A stretch of DNA of 63,230 bases, counting the filler, from Globobulimina sp. (lineage: Eukaryota): assembly GCA_003354225.1 (NCBI GenBank). It is 18 parts of 18 records of this genome, joined end to end, with 100 filler letters (N's around TTAATTAATTAA, not from the genome) between each part and the next. Parts side by side here need not be neighbours in the genome. Positions count along the whole stretch, not along the records: positions 10,566 to 13,985 come from PIVH01002841.1; positions 14,086 to 17,505 come from PIVH01002842.1; positions 17,606 to 21,025 come from PIVH01002843.1; positions 21,126 to 24,545 come from PIVH01002844.1; positions 24,646 to 28,064 come from PIVH01002845.1; 13 more parts are not named here. One strand, written 5' to 3'. The notes beneath the pieces were generated by a model, which was not told the DNA's origin, did no database searches, and saw only the letters and a program-made list of their open reading frames with translations. Shown one piece after another: positions 11,908-24,816 of the stretch. Each line of letters opens with the position of its first letter. Position 1 is the first letter of the stretch. The translations under genes were made by a program, and so were the position numbers.

Positions 11908-12522
11908 ACATTGTATTTTTTTTATCCTTGCACATTAATTGACGCTTCAATATTTTTTTTTTTTTTAATCATGTCATCTCAATGTGATAATTAATGATCG
12001 AACTCAATCGATAATAAAATAATAAATATGATAGTGGTGGATGTATGAGGGACAAATGAAATTTTTGATGACTCCTATACCAAAAATATGTGGTGAAGCA
12101 CAAAGTGATGTATCTGTAAAAATATGCATCAATTTAGATATTCCAAACTATTGATATTACACTCAGTGGTCCTTCTGGCTTTGTTATTGTTGGTGATGTT
12201 GGTAATGTATTGGGATGGATTGGATTGTGTTTAAATACATATTCAACACAATTATTAAGTCCATATTTGGCACAATTATCGAATTTATTTAATGCGAACA
12301 ATGAGAGACATGACAAATAATTCCGTATTGCTATAGAAAAAGCATAAATCCGACAAATAATAACCAATATATCGACTTACACCTAATGCTAGTGGGTGTG
12401 GATAAATACTATTTGACTTGCAACTCTACAAAATCATCGTTTTTTGATTCTGATTCAAATTTTTGCCATATGCGCATGTGTCAGAAGGCTAGCCAAATTT
12501 CACACTTTTTTTTCTCTCCATC

Positions 12523-13718
12523 ATGTCAGTCTTGTCAGAGGCTGGCGCAAAAAAATCTGATCCGAATGTACACAAAACACACCAACCTCACATACAACAA
12601 ATGTTACAAGAACCTAAATCTTATTTTATTATAATTTCAATGAATTGTATTTATTCAATCGTCTTAGTTGTAATGGAATGGAATTCGACTTGTTATGGAC
12701 TCTCCACTAACTTTAAATGGCAGTACTATTTGCTAGCATCAATCGGAGTGTTTATATTGTATCGAATATATCTCATCCTCTTATCAACGCGATGTTGCAT
12801 CAAATTGCGATTAAAACCTAGAGTTAGTTTGTTTATGCACTCTTTTTTAGCCAATGCAATTTTATTATTAATTTGGTGTATTTATGGCTTTCTTGACTGG
12901 GTGACACTCACTAACAATAATTGTAATAACAAGCATATAATAATTGGATATTGTGTTATATTGGTTTTATATACAATCGTATGCTTAGTTTTATCCATCC
13001 AACAATTTTTTATGGGCATCAAATTATATAATAAACGGATGGAACAGAAACGATATATTGAAAAGCAAGAAATATCGAAAACAGTGAAAGCATCACATAC
13101 CGAGACTGAGAAACAAAATATAAATATTGATATGGACACATTCAATATTCCACAGGATAAAATCAAACAATTTGTCGAGGAATATAATTATTTTGATGGT
13201 CTTGATTTTTCCCGATCAACTCTCATCGGTTTGGAGGTTGAAAAATCCAAATCTCCCATACCAGTGACCACCAAAATAACCACCATGGCCAACATGCCCA
13301 CTTTGGATGAACTTAAAACTCAAACTGTTCCAACAAGTGCTGATAATCTGCCACTACCACCATTATCTCGTCAGGATACAGACTCATTTAGTAATTTATT
13401 CTTTGGGGAAGCGAGAGAAATGTCGAGTACAATGTTTATAAATTACAATAAAGATAATGCTGCTGATGAAAATTTAATGTGCATGGTATGTTTAGAAGCA
13501 TTTCAACCTCACGATTGCATTGGAAAATTAATGTGTAATCATGTATATCATAAACAATGCATTTATTCATGGTATGTTGTATACATTAATACATATCATA
13601 TTACATACTGTTACTGTACCGGTACATGTTTGCAAATATAAATAGGTTGAAAAAAAATGCTACGTGTCCTTTATGCAGAGAAAATGTGGAAAAGTTCTCT
13701 GACGTTCCGTTTTTGTGA
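12523..13718 (+). CDS. Multi-TM RING-H2 E3 ubiquitin ligase; intron 13572-13645
   Basis: Four hydrophobic segments. Splicing completes CMVCLE...LMCNHVYHKQCIYSW|LKKNATCPLCR. Confidence 0.9.
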
Positions 13719-14085
13719 TATGTTTTGTGTGTTAATACATTAAGAAACAGACTAAACTAAGCTTTCAAGTGCGAAAGCCAGTAATGTAAAGTGAAGAATG
13801 TACATTTACAAATTGTTGTCAATGTTGGTAAACTTGGTTTGAACACTTGAACAGTCCATATCTGCAGTTGTAGTAGTACTGTAGTAGTGGGAGGTCTGAT
13901 TCCAGGCTTTGCGAGTGAAGCTCAGTGAGTTTGGTAGAAAAAACTTCGATTTCATGCATCCGACGTAGTTTAATTTCAATCCACANNNNNNNNNNNNNNN
14001 NNNNNNNNNNNNNNNNNNNNNNNNNNNNNTTAATTAATTAANNNNNNNNNNNNNNNNNNNNNNNNNNNNNNNNNNNNNNNNNNNN

Positions 14086-17000
14086 TACAGTTACAAAACA
14101 ACTATAATAATGCACAATTATTTTCATAGTATTATTTTTTCTCAACCGGTACTGATATGCTTTGTTTTTCACGTTTGTTAGAATTAATTATCTTTTTTTC
14201 ATATTTTAATAGTGATTGGCTTAGCAAGCTTGCCTGGAATGTGCATACCGTCCTACTCCGGAGGCATTGAACAAACCACATACGATGACGAATATAATGG
14301 TAATATAGTCGCTCATGAGATGGGTCACAATTTCAATATGTTACATGACGGTGCTTCAAATGACTGCAACTCTGTGGATTATATCATGGCTGCTTCTGGT
14401 TCGCCGTTTGGATTCAGGCCTGGCTCGTTTTCGTCGTGTTCTATTGATGAATTGAACACTTATTTTGTGCAATATCCGTCATTGCTGACTTGTTTGGATA
14501 ATGAGCCTCCAGAAACATCATTTTCTATTTGCGGCAATGGCATCATCGAACAGGGCGAAACCTGCGACTGTGGCGCCGCTGACTGTTCGTTGATTGATCC
14601 ATGTTGCGATGGTATCATATGCAGTTTATTTGGTGATGCAGAGTGTAGCGATATGAATGAATGTTGTCATGACTGCAAAATTAAAGGACAACACGAAGTT
14701 TGTAGGGAGAAATCACATACAAATACATGCGATATACAGACAGAATATTGTGATGGGATAAGCTCGCAATGTCCATACGACAGTAAGTACATTGAAGGGA
14801 CACAATGTGCGGTGATAAACAGTCACTATGATTCACAAAATGTATCCTACGGATATTGTTATCACGGCGAATGTATCAGCATTGAACAGCAGTGTGCTGT
14901 TCATGGTATTAACACTGATGATGATTACACATTGTCCACCAATTGTGATTATAATCCAATATGGAGAGCCTCCTCTTGTGGGCATGGTTTGCACTGTGGC
15001 TATACCTTTGATGTCACGCAATGTCTGGATATTAATGGCGAGAGATATGAGGTTGGAACGCCGTGTAATACAAATATAGGTAATGCGAATGCGCAAGCAA
15101 TGCAATGTATGTTTGACGGTGTTCCAACCTGTTTACCCTCATCACAAATATATACATATGTCTATGTGACAAGTGGTTGGAGCGAGTGCAGCATAGCATG
15201 CCGGGATGGCAATTCTACACAAATTGGGCAGCAAACTAGAAGCGTATTGTGTGCGTTGCAGGATGGTACCACAGCGGATGACATTAACTGTGAGCTTCAA
15301 AAGTTATACAAACCATCCAATAACCGTACGTGCAATGACTTTGTTTGTGATTTCTGTGCCGCTTTGATTGAAAAGCCACACATTTGTTTTCCCGATGGTG
15401 AATGTGATGGAGTTGCTGGTATTTGTCGATGTCATTATGGATATGGCGGCGATCACTGTGGAATTGCACCGAGTTTATATTTTGTTGGGATTGCATCTCA
15501 TATTTATCTCAATTTAAGTGGTATAACCATTGCGGAGCGGGCTGATCCGTGTGATGTTATTGATGATTTCTTTGATATTGCGTCAAATACACAAACGGTG
15601 AGTTATCACAATGTATCGACATTAAATAACTTATATATTGGGAGTGTGGTTGGTATTCGATGGAACAGTACGGGGCAGTTATTGCAGTTAAGTGTGGGGA
15701 TGGTACGGATGGATGGAAAATATACGCAATGGCCCTTTTATGTTGGTGGCTCGCTAGCAAATGACAACCAACAGTGCCAAATCATTAATTCATCCGTTTA
15801 TGATGCATGTTATGAGGATCTGTCATGTAATGATTTTCAATTTGTTGTTCCTGAAGATTTACTGCCGGGATATTATAAAATTGTTGTTCGATTTAATAAA
15901 GAATATTATGTTGAATCTGACTTTTTTAATATTCAATGTACAAATAATATATGCAATGTTGAAGGAAATGGAGAATGCGCTGTCAATGATACTTCATCAG
16001 AATATGTATGCCAATGCAATGATAATTGGTATGGTGATCGCTGCGATGAATCTTTATGTAAACCGTGGACATTTACATCGAACGCATGTGTTTCAGATGT
16101 ATTTTGTGAGAATTATGAAAAGCCAAAATGTTTCGATGGTTTTTGCAATGTTTCAAATGCGAATATTGATAATAAGCATTTATGTGACTGTGATGGCACG
16201 TCCTTTGCTGGAACATTTTGTGAGCTCCCTAACAATCATTGTAATATGAAGGATATTGCCGGTTGTAATGAGGATGAATTGTGTATATATAATGAGAATG
16301 CGCGTAGTTGTGCATATAATGATTGTTTTGTTTTATCACATAATTATTCACAATGTGTGGCGACAGTTTTTGAATATAATAATTCATGGCCAATATATTG
16401 CCAATGGATTGGAAATATTCATCAGGGATTTTGTGATCGAATACATTGTAATATTTCAGATTTGCCAGCATGCCAAAACAATGCCGTTCGAAAACCATTA
16501 TTCGATGATACATCCATTTGTTTTGCCTGGTTTTGTGATTGCGGTGGAATGGACGAAGCAGAAAATTGGGCCAAACCAAGTAAACAAACATTGATATCAT
16601 CAATACACGAAAATTATTTCTTTAATACAACATTAAATGCCTCGTTTGTAACAGATATAGATTTATTTACATGTTTTAAATGCAATCTAAATTGTTCGCA
16701 TTCTTCTGTTGCAAATATGGAATGTAGCCAATGTGTTGGATGCGATACGAATAAATATCAAGGTAAGGAATGTAACCATTTGTATTGGATCGTTTATTTA
16801 AAAGTAAATTTAGTTTATAAAAATGTCATGATACATTATAACGAATTTGAAATGACCATAATTCAGGATTTGGCGTATTTTTTTGGTGTAAATAAGGAAC
16901 ATTTAAGTATTTATGAGGTTTTATCGCTAGATGATGGAAATAGTGTTATTGTATATTTTAAATATTTATTCAATCAAAATGTGAATGATGATGTGATTCA

Positions 17001-17427
17001 AAGTAAAGGAGGGGATATTATGATGACTGCGAGAAAGGAAATATTGAATGAATATTCACCAGCAATTACAAGAGGATTTATATTGCAATATACAGATTTT
17101 AGATATACATTTAATTGGTGTCTACCAACAAAGGAGCAAATGGTTTGTAACATTCATGAATTTCATGATGTAAATGTTTTGCACATATTTGGATATTGCG
17201 CATTATGTTCCTATTTACTGTTGGGATCAGTTACAATTTGTTTTATAATGTATAACAAACGAAAAATGAAAAAGAAATGTGAATATGAACACCCTCAATT
17301 GGTACAACAACAGTTATCTCCACAGGAATCACCTACAAAACATAAAAATTATGGAACGTACTCAGAACTCATTGTAGTTGAAGGCTCTGATGCTGATCGA
17401 TATGTTAATGAGTGTTATCGTGTTTAA
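14086..17427 (+). CDS. ADAM/reprolysin (M12B) metalloprotease with disintegrin, TSP1, EGF repeats and TM; 5' partial; intron ~14149-14212
   Basis: Zinc motif HEMGHNFNMLHD, Met-turn YIMA, disintegrin start CGNGIIEQGETCDCG, TSP1 WSECSIAC...QTRSVLC, multiple EGF motifs, C-terminal TM. One in-frame TAG at 14127 near the contig end. Confidence 0.92.
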
Positions 17428-18098
17428 TGAGTGTTCAATAAATTTTTCTTTTATTTCTAAATTCTAATACTATATATTTTATCCACCACTACAAATCGAG
17501 GAGGANNNNNNNNNNNNNNNNNNNNNNNNNNNNNNNNNNNNNNNNNNNNTTAATTAATTAANNNNNNNNNNNNNNNNNNNNNNNNNNNNNNNNNNNNNNN
17601 NNNNNGGGATCAAAACCACAGTTGATGCATGCATGTAAATAATTTTGTATATTATATGTCATTATTTTAAAACCTGAAAAATCTTGATTTTACAAGTTAT
17701 GTTGATCTTTAAAACAGGACTCCACATGGTTACACAGCTTTTATAATAGTCAATTATGGAGTACAGCAGGAGGAACTTTTGAGGAAACAATTGTCGGTGG
17801 AAAGCGGTGGGAATATTGTAAATGTTGAACAACAACGGATTGATGATATTATAGGATCGAATATTGATATTTCTGCAATTGCTGCACTTCAATCAAATTA
17901 ATGTTTTAGTTTCTTGTATTTGTATGGCATGCTTTGTAGTCTTTAACTTATTTGTAATTTTTTTGTTGTTTGTCGATATCAATTGTTTTTTTTTATGTAG
18001 TAATAGAAAGGATTTCTACCTATCGTTAAAGATGTTATTTTTTTTTCTGTGAAAACCTTTCAAGAAAGGTAAATTAACTCAAGGTTTTCACAGAAAGG

Positions 18099-18449
18099 AT
18101 GACAATATGGCTAGATTACTTCAAAAAACGTTTGGGGATTGACGATTTGCCCTTTGATAGTGCAAACGTGTACAAATTTGTTTGGATTTTTATTTTTTCA
18201 ACAATAGCAATAGCAGCAATAATAATAGCAAGCAGCTGTAATAACAACAATAGGAATAACAGCAGATGTAATAACAACAAGTCAAACCAGATGAATTCAA
18301 ATAATTCATCCTATTATAAAAGTCATGGTTGGGGTTCACGCCCAAACAATTATCAATCTCATTCTCCACAATCTGGTAATAATCGTTCCAATCAAATGAA
18401 TCCAAATAATTCTGCCTATTACAAATCAAGAAGTTCTTCCAAAAAATAG
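18099..18449 (+). CDS. Small membrane-anchored Asn/Ser-rich protein with duplicated NxSNQMNxNNSxYYKS motif
   Basis: 116-aa ORF with one hydrophobic helix and two copies of the motif. Confidence 0.55.
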   Translation: MTIWLDYFKKRLGIDDLPFDSANVYKFVWIFIFSTIAIAAIIIASSCNNNNRNNSRCNNNKSNQMNSNNSSYYKSHGWGSRPNNYQSHSPQSGNNRSNQMNPNNSAYYKSRSSSKK

Positions 18450-18619
18450 CAAGAAATATTTCTGAAAAGTACGTGATTGGATATCCGATGAGCAGGGTTC
18501 TGAGAACCATGATATTAAGATTTTCTTCAAGTGAGCTAGTCATCGGATATCCACCAACAAAAAAACAACTAATCTACATTCTACATACAAACTTTCAAAG
18601 TGAAAAAAAACAATTATTA

Positions 18620-21025
18620 TTACATTGATTGAGAATTTATTTTTTGTAACTGCTGTTTTAATTTCTTGGGAACCTTTATAGTTTTCATGGCGGAGATTAC
18701 TTGCGATTCCTTTAATTTCTTTGGTAGCGACTTCAATTGTTTCCGAATATTATCCTCATCCGTAAACAATAAATCTCTCTGTAAACACCGCAAAATAGCT
18801 ACACAACATCGATAGATCTCCATCTCTCCGAATATTAAAATAATATCCCACACGCGCGAGGCGACCGAAATAGACAAACCACGCTCTTTCGTAAACAGCG
18901 ATAGCACCCAATCAAGAAAATACTCCATTGGTTGAATCATTTGCTGCTTAAATCGTTCAAACAACACAGCCTCGTTATGTTGAAAGAGTCCATTAAAAAT
19001 ATCAATCCGTGCGGGTATAATATTTTCTTTCTCTGCATTCAAATCACTCACCAAACAATGGAAAAACTGTTGATTTAATAAGTTAGCAAAACACACAAAG
19101 GCATTATAAGAATCCATATATAATAACAAATTCGCAGCCAAGTACGACGTCCCTTGCTTGTATCCACGATCGGGGCGAAAAAAACAGTATGTTTCCAATA
19201 AAGAATGCAAGCTTTCATACAAAGGTCCATCCTTTTGGAAATATGACAGCTCTGAAAAGGTACGGCTTAAATCCTGAGAAATTAATTTAATCGAACTCTC
19301 TCTCCCAATCATCATATTTTTCTCATTGATTTGCTTCGCGCGCGTCTCGACTAATTTGTATAAGGTTTTGTTTATATTCAATTGATTGCCAATGGCCAAT
19401 GGCCATACTTTGCCGCGTAAACGTGTGGGAATACCCACTTTCCACACAGACTCGCGCAATTTTGGCGAATTGCGCTGTTTATCAAAGTCATTTAACCCGA
19501 TTTTGCACCAATACTCCACTGCGCGGTTCATATCACTTTCTTTGTATCCCTTTTCTTCAAATTCCAAGTTATTACTATTATTTTTAGCTTTTATTATCTT
19601 TTTCTTCTTATTTGTGATAAGTTTGCTCTTTTTCTGTATATTATTATTATTGTGTTTCTCCTCTATTTTCTTGTTTTCCTTCTTCTTTCTATTGTTATCC
19701 ACCACATTCTTCTTAAATATCTCTTGCAATTTTTCGATTTCCCTCTGATGTTTGCGTCGTTCGGAGGCGATTTTTGCCGGTAAACCCGCCTGGCGATTTG
19801 CCTGTGGTTTTAGCAGTTTATTCTTGCGGAATTTATGCAAATACTTATTGATTTTGGACGGTTTATAATGCAGTTTGCGTTGATTTAATTTCTCCTCGTT
19901 TTTAATGTGAAAATAGTCGTTCTGATAATGGATGAAATTGTGTGTCACAGCAAAGGTAAAGTCAGCGCCGCAGCAAATATTCGTAGTGTCGATACCAGAC
20001 AAATAGTCCACTAATTGTGGTGTCAAGATGTCGTCGCTCTCATTATATTTCATCTCACCGATACCGAGCTGCCCTTCGCTGTTATCGCCCCAACAATAAA
20101 CGTCTCCATTCATGGTCAACGCGGAGGAATGAAAGGCACCGCAACCGACACCAATCGCCGGATTATCTTCGTTCACATCGCCATCACCATCGCCACGCTC
20201 TACGTTTACTGCTTTGCCAATGTAACAGGAGGGTAATGGGGGTGCACTGAATGGGTTTTTTGGCCGTGCAATTACGCCATTTTTCGGTTGTATATTATTG
20301 CCTTTTTCTTCTACACATTGCTGTTTGTACACAGGATGTTGATATTGCTGTATTAAGGTTGGCAAATACCGATCGGTCTGGTCATTCAAACCGAACTGGC
20401 CGCACAGATTAGCGCCCCACGAATAAATTTGCCCTGTACCTGACAACCAAAAAACAGACGGATGATATTTTAAATAAAAACAGCCGAACCAAACACACCT
20501 GCAACGACAGCCAAATTATGCCCAAAGCCGCAGGCGATCTCAATCACAAAAATATCGCTCAATATCTGGCACTCAGACTGCACTTCCTTCGCCAAAAACG
20601 TCTCAAATATGTCCTTGACATGCTCGTTATTGCGCGCTTTGGACGGATTGTAATCGGCAGACACCTGCATTATGACAGATGGCACGTACTCAAAATGGAA
20701 TTTGTTATTATAAAACTCGTCGACAATGCGGATTTTGCGGGGAATGGTCGTGAAATTAACATTGGCGTCGCCAATCCCAAGCTTTCCATTCCGATTGCTT
20801 CCCCACGCAAACATCTCTCCGTCGTTACTGATGCAAACACTGTGGTCATAGCCACATTCAATCTTATTTACAATCACCTCATTCTCCGCAAAATAAGCCA
20901 CCAAATGTGGCCGCGAGTACCTTTCTTGATTGCCGTGCCCTAACTTGCCGTGATAGGTATTCCCCCACGACTACAATCCGCCGTTTGCCGACAATACGAT
21001 GACAAAATCAGGGCCGCACGACACG
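18620..21025 (-). CDS. RCC1-repeat plus TBC (Rab-GAP) protein; 5' partial; intron 20498-20440
   Basis: RCC1 repeats (CGYDHS...WGSNRNGKLG; CGAFHS...WGDNSEGQLG). TBC motifs GIPTRLRGKVW, ISQDLSRTF, GYKQG, SRVWD. Splicing joins the two ORFs in frame. One in-frame TAG at 20973-20971. Confidence 0.9.
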
Positions 21026-21125
21026 NNNNNNNNNNNNNNNNNNNNNNNNNNNNNNNNNNNNNNNNNNNNTTAATTAATTAANNNNNNNNNNNNNNNNNNN
21101 NNNNNNNNNNNNNNNNNNNNNNNNN

Positions 21126-23789
21126 ATGCATAGAGTATGATTTTTGTAGCTGTTGCTGTGGCTGTTGCGGTTGGGCATATACCTGTTGTGGGCGAAAGGA
21201 ATTGCTACGTTGTATTGGTGTGGCTGTGATTTGGGATTGTTGAGGTTTGTCATTCTCAAATTGAGTGTTCATTAGCTGCACATTATAGGCAGCGGCTTGT
21301 TTTTTTTGTAAGTCAGTCTGTACCGATTGCTTTCGTTGTCTGGTCGCTTGGTTTTTAAGTGGATGTTCCCATTGCGTGGTTTTTGTGGAATGGTTGATAT
21401 AAAATGGCCGGTCTGTTAAAAATGATGAAGTTAAGTAAGTTTTTTTAGTTTACGGAGCATGTCATGGCAGCGTACAGTACCTGAAGCAGTGTAACTCTTT
21501 TCCCACCCGGATGGCACTGGTACATTTGCCATAGGATCAGCCGGAGCGCTCGCAGATTGTGGTGGTTCTTCCTTGACGTCGTCTTCATAGTCTTCATCGG
21601 TGTCAATCTCTAAGTCATCGTCAGCGATTTGATACATTGTATCACCTTTGAAATGAGCGTGGCCGCTGTCATCCTCGTCTTCCATATAAAACTTTGAGGC
21701 GGATCGCTTTAAGGCAAAGTTTTGTTTTTTTCGTGGTTTTAAACCGTTATTATCCACGTAAGAGACAAACTGAATGGGTATTTCACGCAATGTATATTTG
21801 GATAATTCATTCTTGGCTTTGTTTTCAAATTCTTTCATTGCTACAAATTGTACAATATCTCGTTGTGCTACGTTGCCTTTGTCATCTTTGATGGGATCAA
21901 AATCGCCATCCAATTCGTTTAAAAATTTAAAATCATTGTCACCAATGCCGACGAAAATTATAGATAATGGCAAATTATTATTTGATGCATAAATTAATCT
22001 ATTTTTTGTGATTTGTTTGTCTTCCTCGCAACACTGACCATTGGTTAAAACCAACAAGATGTAATATTGGATTTTCTCGGTCGGACTCTGCATCACTGTG
22101 TTATGACTGGCTATGGCTTCATTTATCGCTTTGGTTAAGATCGCTGAATAATAGCACGGCCCACTACTTACAACAACAGATACAATTCATACAAAAATTC
22201 ATTTTAGTTTTCACAGAAAATAAAAATCCTTTGAAACAGGATATTTTTACGTTTCTCAAGCAATACCAACTTATTTTCCTACAAAGCTCCTCAAAAAAAC
22301 ACAAAACAGCCATGATGCAAAAATGCGTAGTAAAAAAAACTTAAGCTCACTAACAAAATTTAGGAGTTATGGCAAGTGCTTTGCCCACAAACCTTAATTG
22401 AAACGCATTGCTTTGAATGGCATTGACATACGCTTCCTCAATGCCATTCACTCCATCCACTTCCTCCCCACTCGGATCCAACGCAAAATCATGCAAAACG
22501 CGGTCAACCATCGGGAACTTAGCACCAAAGCCCCAGACAGGAAACTTCTGATCACTGTCATACGGCGCTACAATGCTACATATCCTCCGCAATGCGTCCT
22601 GATACGGCGAAGGCGTATACTGCTTATAAATATAATGCAAACTCTGCGGATCATCAACTTTGCCATTCGCGCCCGTAAAATCAATGGCAATCATCAACGA
22701 TAACTCTGACGACTCCAAATATTCCAAAAACTTTGACCTCGAACGCAACGACTTCTGTACTTGCAATTGGCGTATCATATCATGCTGCATTTTTTCCTCA
22801 ATATGTGAGAAATTTGAAATGGCAGCGTTTCCCTTTGCGGCGGCATTAAGTTTAACGTTTTCAGGCATACGTTTCTGCGCTTTCTTCTGCTGTCTGGACA
22901 ATACCTTAATACTCTCAAGTTTGAGCGTGCCAATTTGTTTTCCTTTGGTATCCTTCAAAGCATAGGTTTTATTCGGGTCATTTAATAATTTATTATAGCT
23001 ACTTTGGCATTTGCCAATATATTTACGTTGCACTTTATCAACGTGATAGATTTTGAGCTGTAAGCTTCTGTTTTGGTCGCCGTTGCATAATTTGGCGGAG
23101 GTTAAGGTGAATTCGGGCCATTTGGGGGCTAAATTCTTTTTGATCACAATGGTTTCGAATACTTTAAAGAATTTGCCATCAGAGCCTAAACGATGCATTT
23201 CTAAGATTGGGTTCGCTTTGGCGAAGGCCCCTTGTTTGGGTAAGCCGCGGGCGTGGAAGTTAAAGGCAGTGTTGTCGTTGAAATCTATTTTCAAAGGTTC
23301 TAATCGTAAATTGAGACGGGAATAGCGTTTGGAGGCCCGGTTCTTGACTACTTTGCGACCTTTGGTCAATGTGCGAGTGAGCATTTGATCTGTGTATTGG
23401 AGGTTGTTTGGTTTGTTTTATCAATGTGGTTTGTGCGAATGTTGCGAATTTGCGGGTATGTGTTATATAGCAGATAGCGTACGTTTTGCATGAACGACTT
23501 CGGATAATTTGAAAGCGGCCGAGCCGATGACATTTTTGTGTATAAATGGAGTGTTGCCATTTACAGAGCGATAAACGTCGAAACGTAATTGTTGCTCTTC
23601 TTCGAAGATGAAATCCACGATGAATTGTTTGGCATATTTTGGATTGGAATTGTAGGAAACTTCAGTTCGACCTAATTCGATCCATTTTTGGGTGGCTGCG
23701 TCTTGCAAAAAGACGCCGATGAAGGCGTTGTGTGCTGTTAAATCTGAACACGATAAAAAGAATTCTACTCTTCCGGCTGAGTCTGACAT
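21126..23789 (-). CDS. Copine with C-terminal WW domain; 3' partial; introns 23482-23390, 22392-22164, 21480-21413
   Basis: C2 (ELGRTEV...FIVDFIFEEEQ), second C2, vWA (AIDFTGANG, LPLSIIFVGIG, RDIVQFV). The spliced WW domain reads VPSGWEKSYTASDRPFYINHSTKTTQWEHP. Confidence 0.9.
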
Positions 23790-23931
23790 GCTACGGTGTT
23801 TGGTTTACGATGAATTTAATAGAAGTTTTAGTTTAAGCAAAAACCTCGAACGAATCCTTAATTTGTTACTCCCTCGCCATACACAGACACCGTACAAAGC
23901 AACAACTCAGCAACAATCTAGCTAATAAAAA

Positions 23932-24545
23932 ATGGGAGTATGTGTGTCGAAGCAGGGATTTCGCGAAGAGCAACACGTAGAATTAACATTGGATTTAGTA
24001 AATGTTATAGCCGCCATTGTTAATAATCCAAAGTTCCAATCATTACGAAGGAAGTCAACGTATCAAAGATTGTATCACGTTATTTTAAAATTCTCCACCG
24101 GCGCTATCCAGAATAATCAGCAAATGTTGGATATAATGAAGAATTTAGACAGCAATGCACATTTTACGGAAAGTTTGGAAATATTGCAATTGAGAAAATG
24201 GAGCGACATAATGCAACAATTACATAAAGAAAGCCGCACTGTCACTATCGATGCAAGTGTGGACGTAGCTGCCTGTGATGATGTGTTAGTGTCCAATATC
24301 GAGGATATGCAAAGTGTGGAGCAAGTGTTACATCATTGGTTTAACACAAAATGTAAATTTGATGAAGGTGAATGTTTACGTTATGTTGATATTTTTAAAT
24401 CGAATGGTTTTGATACTGTTGACACTGTGAAAGAAATTAAAGATTCTGATTTAAAAGAAATTGGAATTCAAATCAGAAACAGAAATAAAATTTTATGGAA
24501 CAGAACACATTTAATATATGCTTTGATAAAACAATCTAAAAACAA
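23932..24545 (+). CDS. N-acylated (MGVC) protein with SAM domain; 3' partial
   Basis: SAM-like segment YVDIFKSNGFDTV...IKDSDLKEIGI; myristoylation-type N-terminus. Confidence 0.75.
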
Positions 24546-24816
24546 NNNNNNNNNNNNNNNNNNNNNNNNNNNNNNNNNNNNNNNNNNNNTTAATTAATTA
24601 ANNNNNNNNNNNNNNNNNNNNNNNNNNNNNNNNNNNNNNNNNNNNGAAATCAATCTAAAACAGAAACAAATATATCAAAGTATGAAGAAAGTATATAGTT
24701 TGCAAATAGAAGCAATTGGAGGTGCTTAAAACCCATCATTTATCTACAAAATTAATATGTTTATTTTATTTATAAGGATAATATCATAAAAATTACTATT
24801 AAATACAAAAAAGTGT

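Noticed and set aside
12020..12320. Small gene with a 28-nt intron
   Set aside because: A spliced frame can be constructed but has no recognisable homology; it could equally be a decayed fragment.
14127..20973. Stop-codon reassignment (TAG=Tyr): in-frame TAG at 14127 (ADAM) and 20973-20971 (RCC1 repeat, where Tyr is expected in GGL*SWG)
   Set aside because: Both lie within ~55 nt of contig ends, where errors are likely. The same genes have 600-1070 further codons with no TAG, and TAG terminates other genes. A read pile-up would settle it.
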